64,000 bases of DNA. Source: Chloroflexota bacterium. GTDB taxonomy: Bacteria > Chloroflexota > Limnocylindria > Limnocylindrales > CSP1-4. The stretch spans positions 195 through 64,194 of the forward strand of contig JAJYNJ010000080.1 in assembly GCA_021786385.1 (NCBI GenBank). The letters run 5' to 3'. Shown piece by piece: positions 63,110 to 64,000 of this stretch (positions within the stretch are counted from its first letter, which is position 1; each line of letters starts with the position of its first letter). The notes under the pieces were generated by a model. It saw only the letters and a list, made by a program, of their open reading frames with translations, had not been told where the DNA came from and made no database searches. A program made the position numbers and the translations under genes.

Positions 63110-63744
63110 GTGCCCCGCCGAGCGCGGCGCCGCCCCTGCCGCTTCCCGCAGCGCTGTCGCCCTCGCCGCCGGCCGCCCCGGTCGGAGCAGGCGCCCGGGC
63201 GGCCGAGGGTCGCTTCGAGCCGGTCGTGATCGGCTTCACCTGCAACTGGTGCAGCTACCGTGCGGCCGATCTGGCCGGCACCTCGCGTCTGAAGTACCCG
63301 CCCAACATCCGGCTGATCCGGCTCATGTGTTCGGGCCGGCTCGACCCGACCTTCGTGCTGAAGGCGTTCGCCGACGGTGCGGACGGGGTGATGGTGAGCG
63401 GCTGCCATCCCGGCGACTGCCACTACGTCGATCAGAATTACAAGACGCTGCGCCGCCATCGACTCCTGCAGCGCACGCTCGAACAGTTCGGCATCGCGGC
63501 GGGGCGGCTACGGCTGACGTGGGCCAGCGCGGGCGAGGGCGCGCTCTTCGCACAGGAGATCACGACGTTCGTCGAGCAGGTGCGCGCGTTGGGTCCGCTG
63601 CGCTGGCCCACGGCGCTCGCGCGCGACGACGCGGCTCCGCTTCCGTGCGGGCCGGTATCCGACGCCGGGGTGCCGGCAGGCGACGCGGAGGCAGCGGCGC
63701 CCGACGGCGCGACGTCGTGGCGCACCGCGGAGGTGACCGCGTGA
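63106..63744 (+). CDS. mvhD: MvhD-like hydrogenase iron-sulfur (delta) subunit
   Basis: ATGA overlap with hdrA. MvhD/FlpD signature (FTCNWCSYRAADLAG…MCSGRLDP…VSGCHPGDCHY). Confidence 0.8.
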   Translation: MSAPPSAAPPLPLPAALSPSPPAAPVGAGARAAEGRFEPVVIGFTCNWCSYRAADLAGTSRLKYPPNIRLIRLMCSGRLDPTFVLKAFADGADGVMVSGCHPGDCHYVDQNYKTLRRHRLLQRTLEQFGIAAGRLRLTWASAGEGALFAQEITTFVEQVRALGPLRWPTALARDDAAPLPCGPVSDAGVPAGDAEAAAPDGATSWRTAEVTA

Positions 63745-64000
63745 GCGCTGCGACCGGGAACGCCAGGCCCAAGTTCGCGATGTACTGGGCCGCCTCGTGC
63801 GGCGGCTGCGACATCGCCGTGCTCAACACTGGGGAGCGGATCCTCGCGCTCGACGCCGCCTTCGACCTGGTCTTCTGGCCGATCGTGATGGACGCCAAGT
63901 ACCGCGACGTCGCGGCGCTACCGGACGGCGCGCTCGCGTTGACGCTCTTCAGTGGCAGCATCCGCAACCGCGAGAACGAAGAGCTGGCGCTCCTGCTGCG
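63741..64000 (+). CDS. [NiFe]-hydrogenase small subunit (MvhG/FrhG-like), 5'-partial; it runs off the window end
   Basis: GTG overlapping the mvhD stop (GTGA). The N-terminus …KFAMYWAASCGGCDIAVLN carries the proximal-cluster CxxC signature of hydrogenase small subunits. It is absent from the ORF track because no stop lies within the window. Confidence 0.7.
   Translation, partial: MSAATGNARPKFAMYWAASCGGCDIAVLNTGERILALDAAFDLVFWPIVMDAKYRDVAALPDGALALTLFSGSIRNRENEELALLL

Overview
This is a 64 kb window of very high-GC (~70-73%) bacterial chromosome. It is densely coding on both strands, and many adjacent genes overlap by 1-4 nt at start/stop (ATGA, GTGA, TGATG), which indicates translational coupling. 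The six-frame track is full of long spurious antisense ORFs, so I called genes from recognisable protein motifs, ribosome-binding sites (GGAGG/GGGAGG) and coupling rather than from ORF length. A fused E2-E1 2-oxoglutarate dehydrogenase (Kgd/OdhA type), a BagAB-like ArsA ATPase pair and the GC content suggest an actinobacterium-like, high-GC Gram-positive lineage. That placement is tentative. Regulatory motif coordinates are within a few nt.

Gene content, 5' to 3':
- MTA phosphorylase.
- A rhodanese whose ORF lacks a proper stop.
- A PQQ-propeller lipoprotein.
- A PAS/GAF/GGDEF diguanylate cyclase.
- A divergent AraC regulator and an Old-Yellow-Enzyme/FadH-like flavoenzyme.
- An fdhD plus ydeP-type molybdoenzyme pair.
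- A Mut7-C nuclease-like protein.
- A nickel/cobalt acquisition locus: a NiCoT permease, a Fur-family (Nur-like) regulator, and on the minus strand two tandem ECF-type modules (cbiMN-cbiQ-cbiO followed by ecfT-ecfA'-ecfA).
- A K+ channel, Kgd, transaldolase/fructose-6-phosphate aldolase and an aminotransferase.
- AzlCD, an ABC-2 exporter and a MarR regulator.
- An MFS transporter, an aldo/keto reductase and CstA.
- A six-gene, translationally coupled operon: two ArsA/Get3-like ATPases with two unknown proteins, bracketed by two paralogous small proteins. This is the most unusual system in the window.
- An acetoacetyl/acetyl-CoA synthetase-like enzyme.
- A leucine-catabolism cluster (isovaleryl-CoA dehydrogenase, HMG-CoA lyase, MccA, MccB) with an embedded SemiSWEET.
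- A saccharopine-dehydrogenase-like protein.
- At the end, an hdrC-hdrB-hdrA-mvhD-hydrogenase small subunit (Mvh/Hdr-like) cluster that runs off the window.

I found no tRNA, rRNA, CRISPR array, transposase or integrase.
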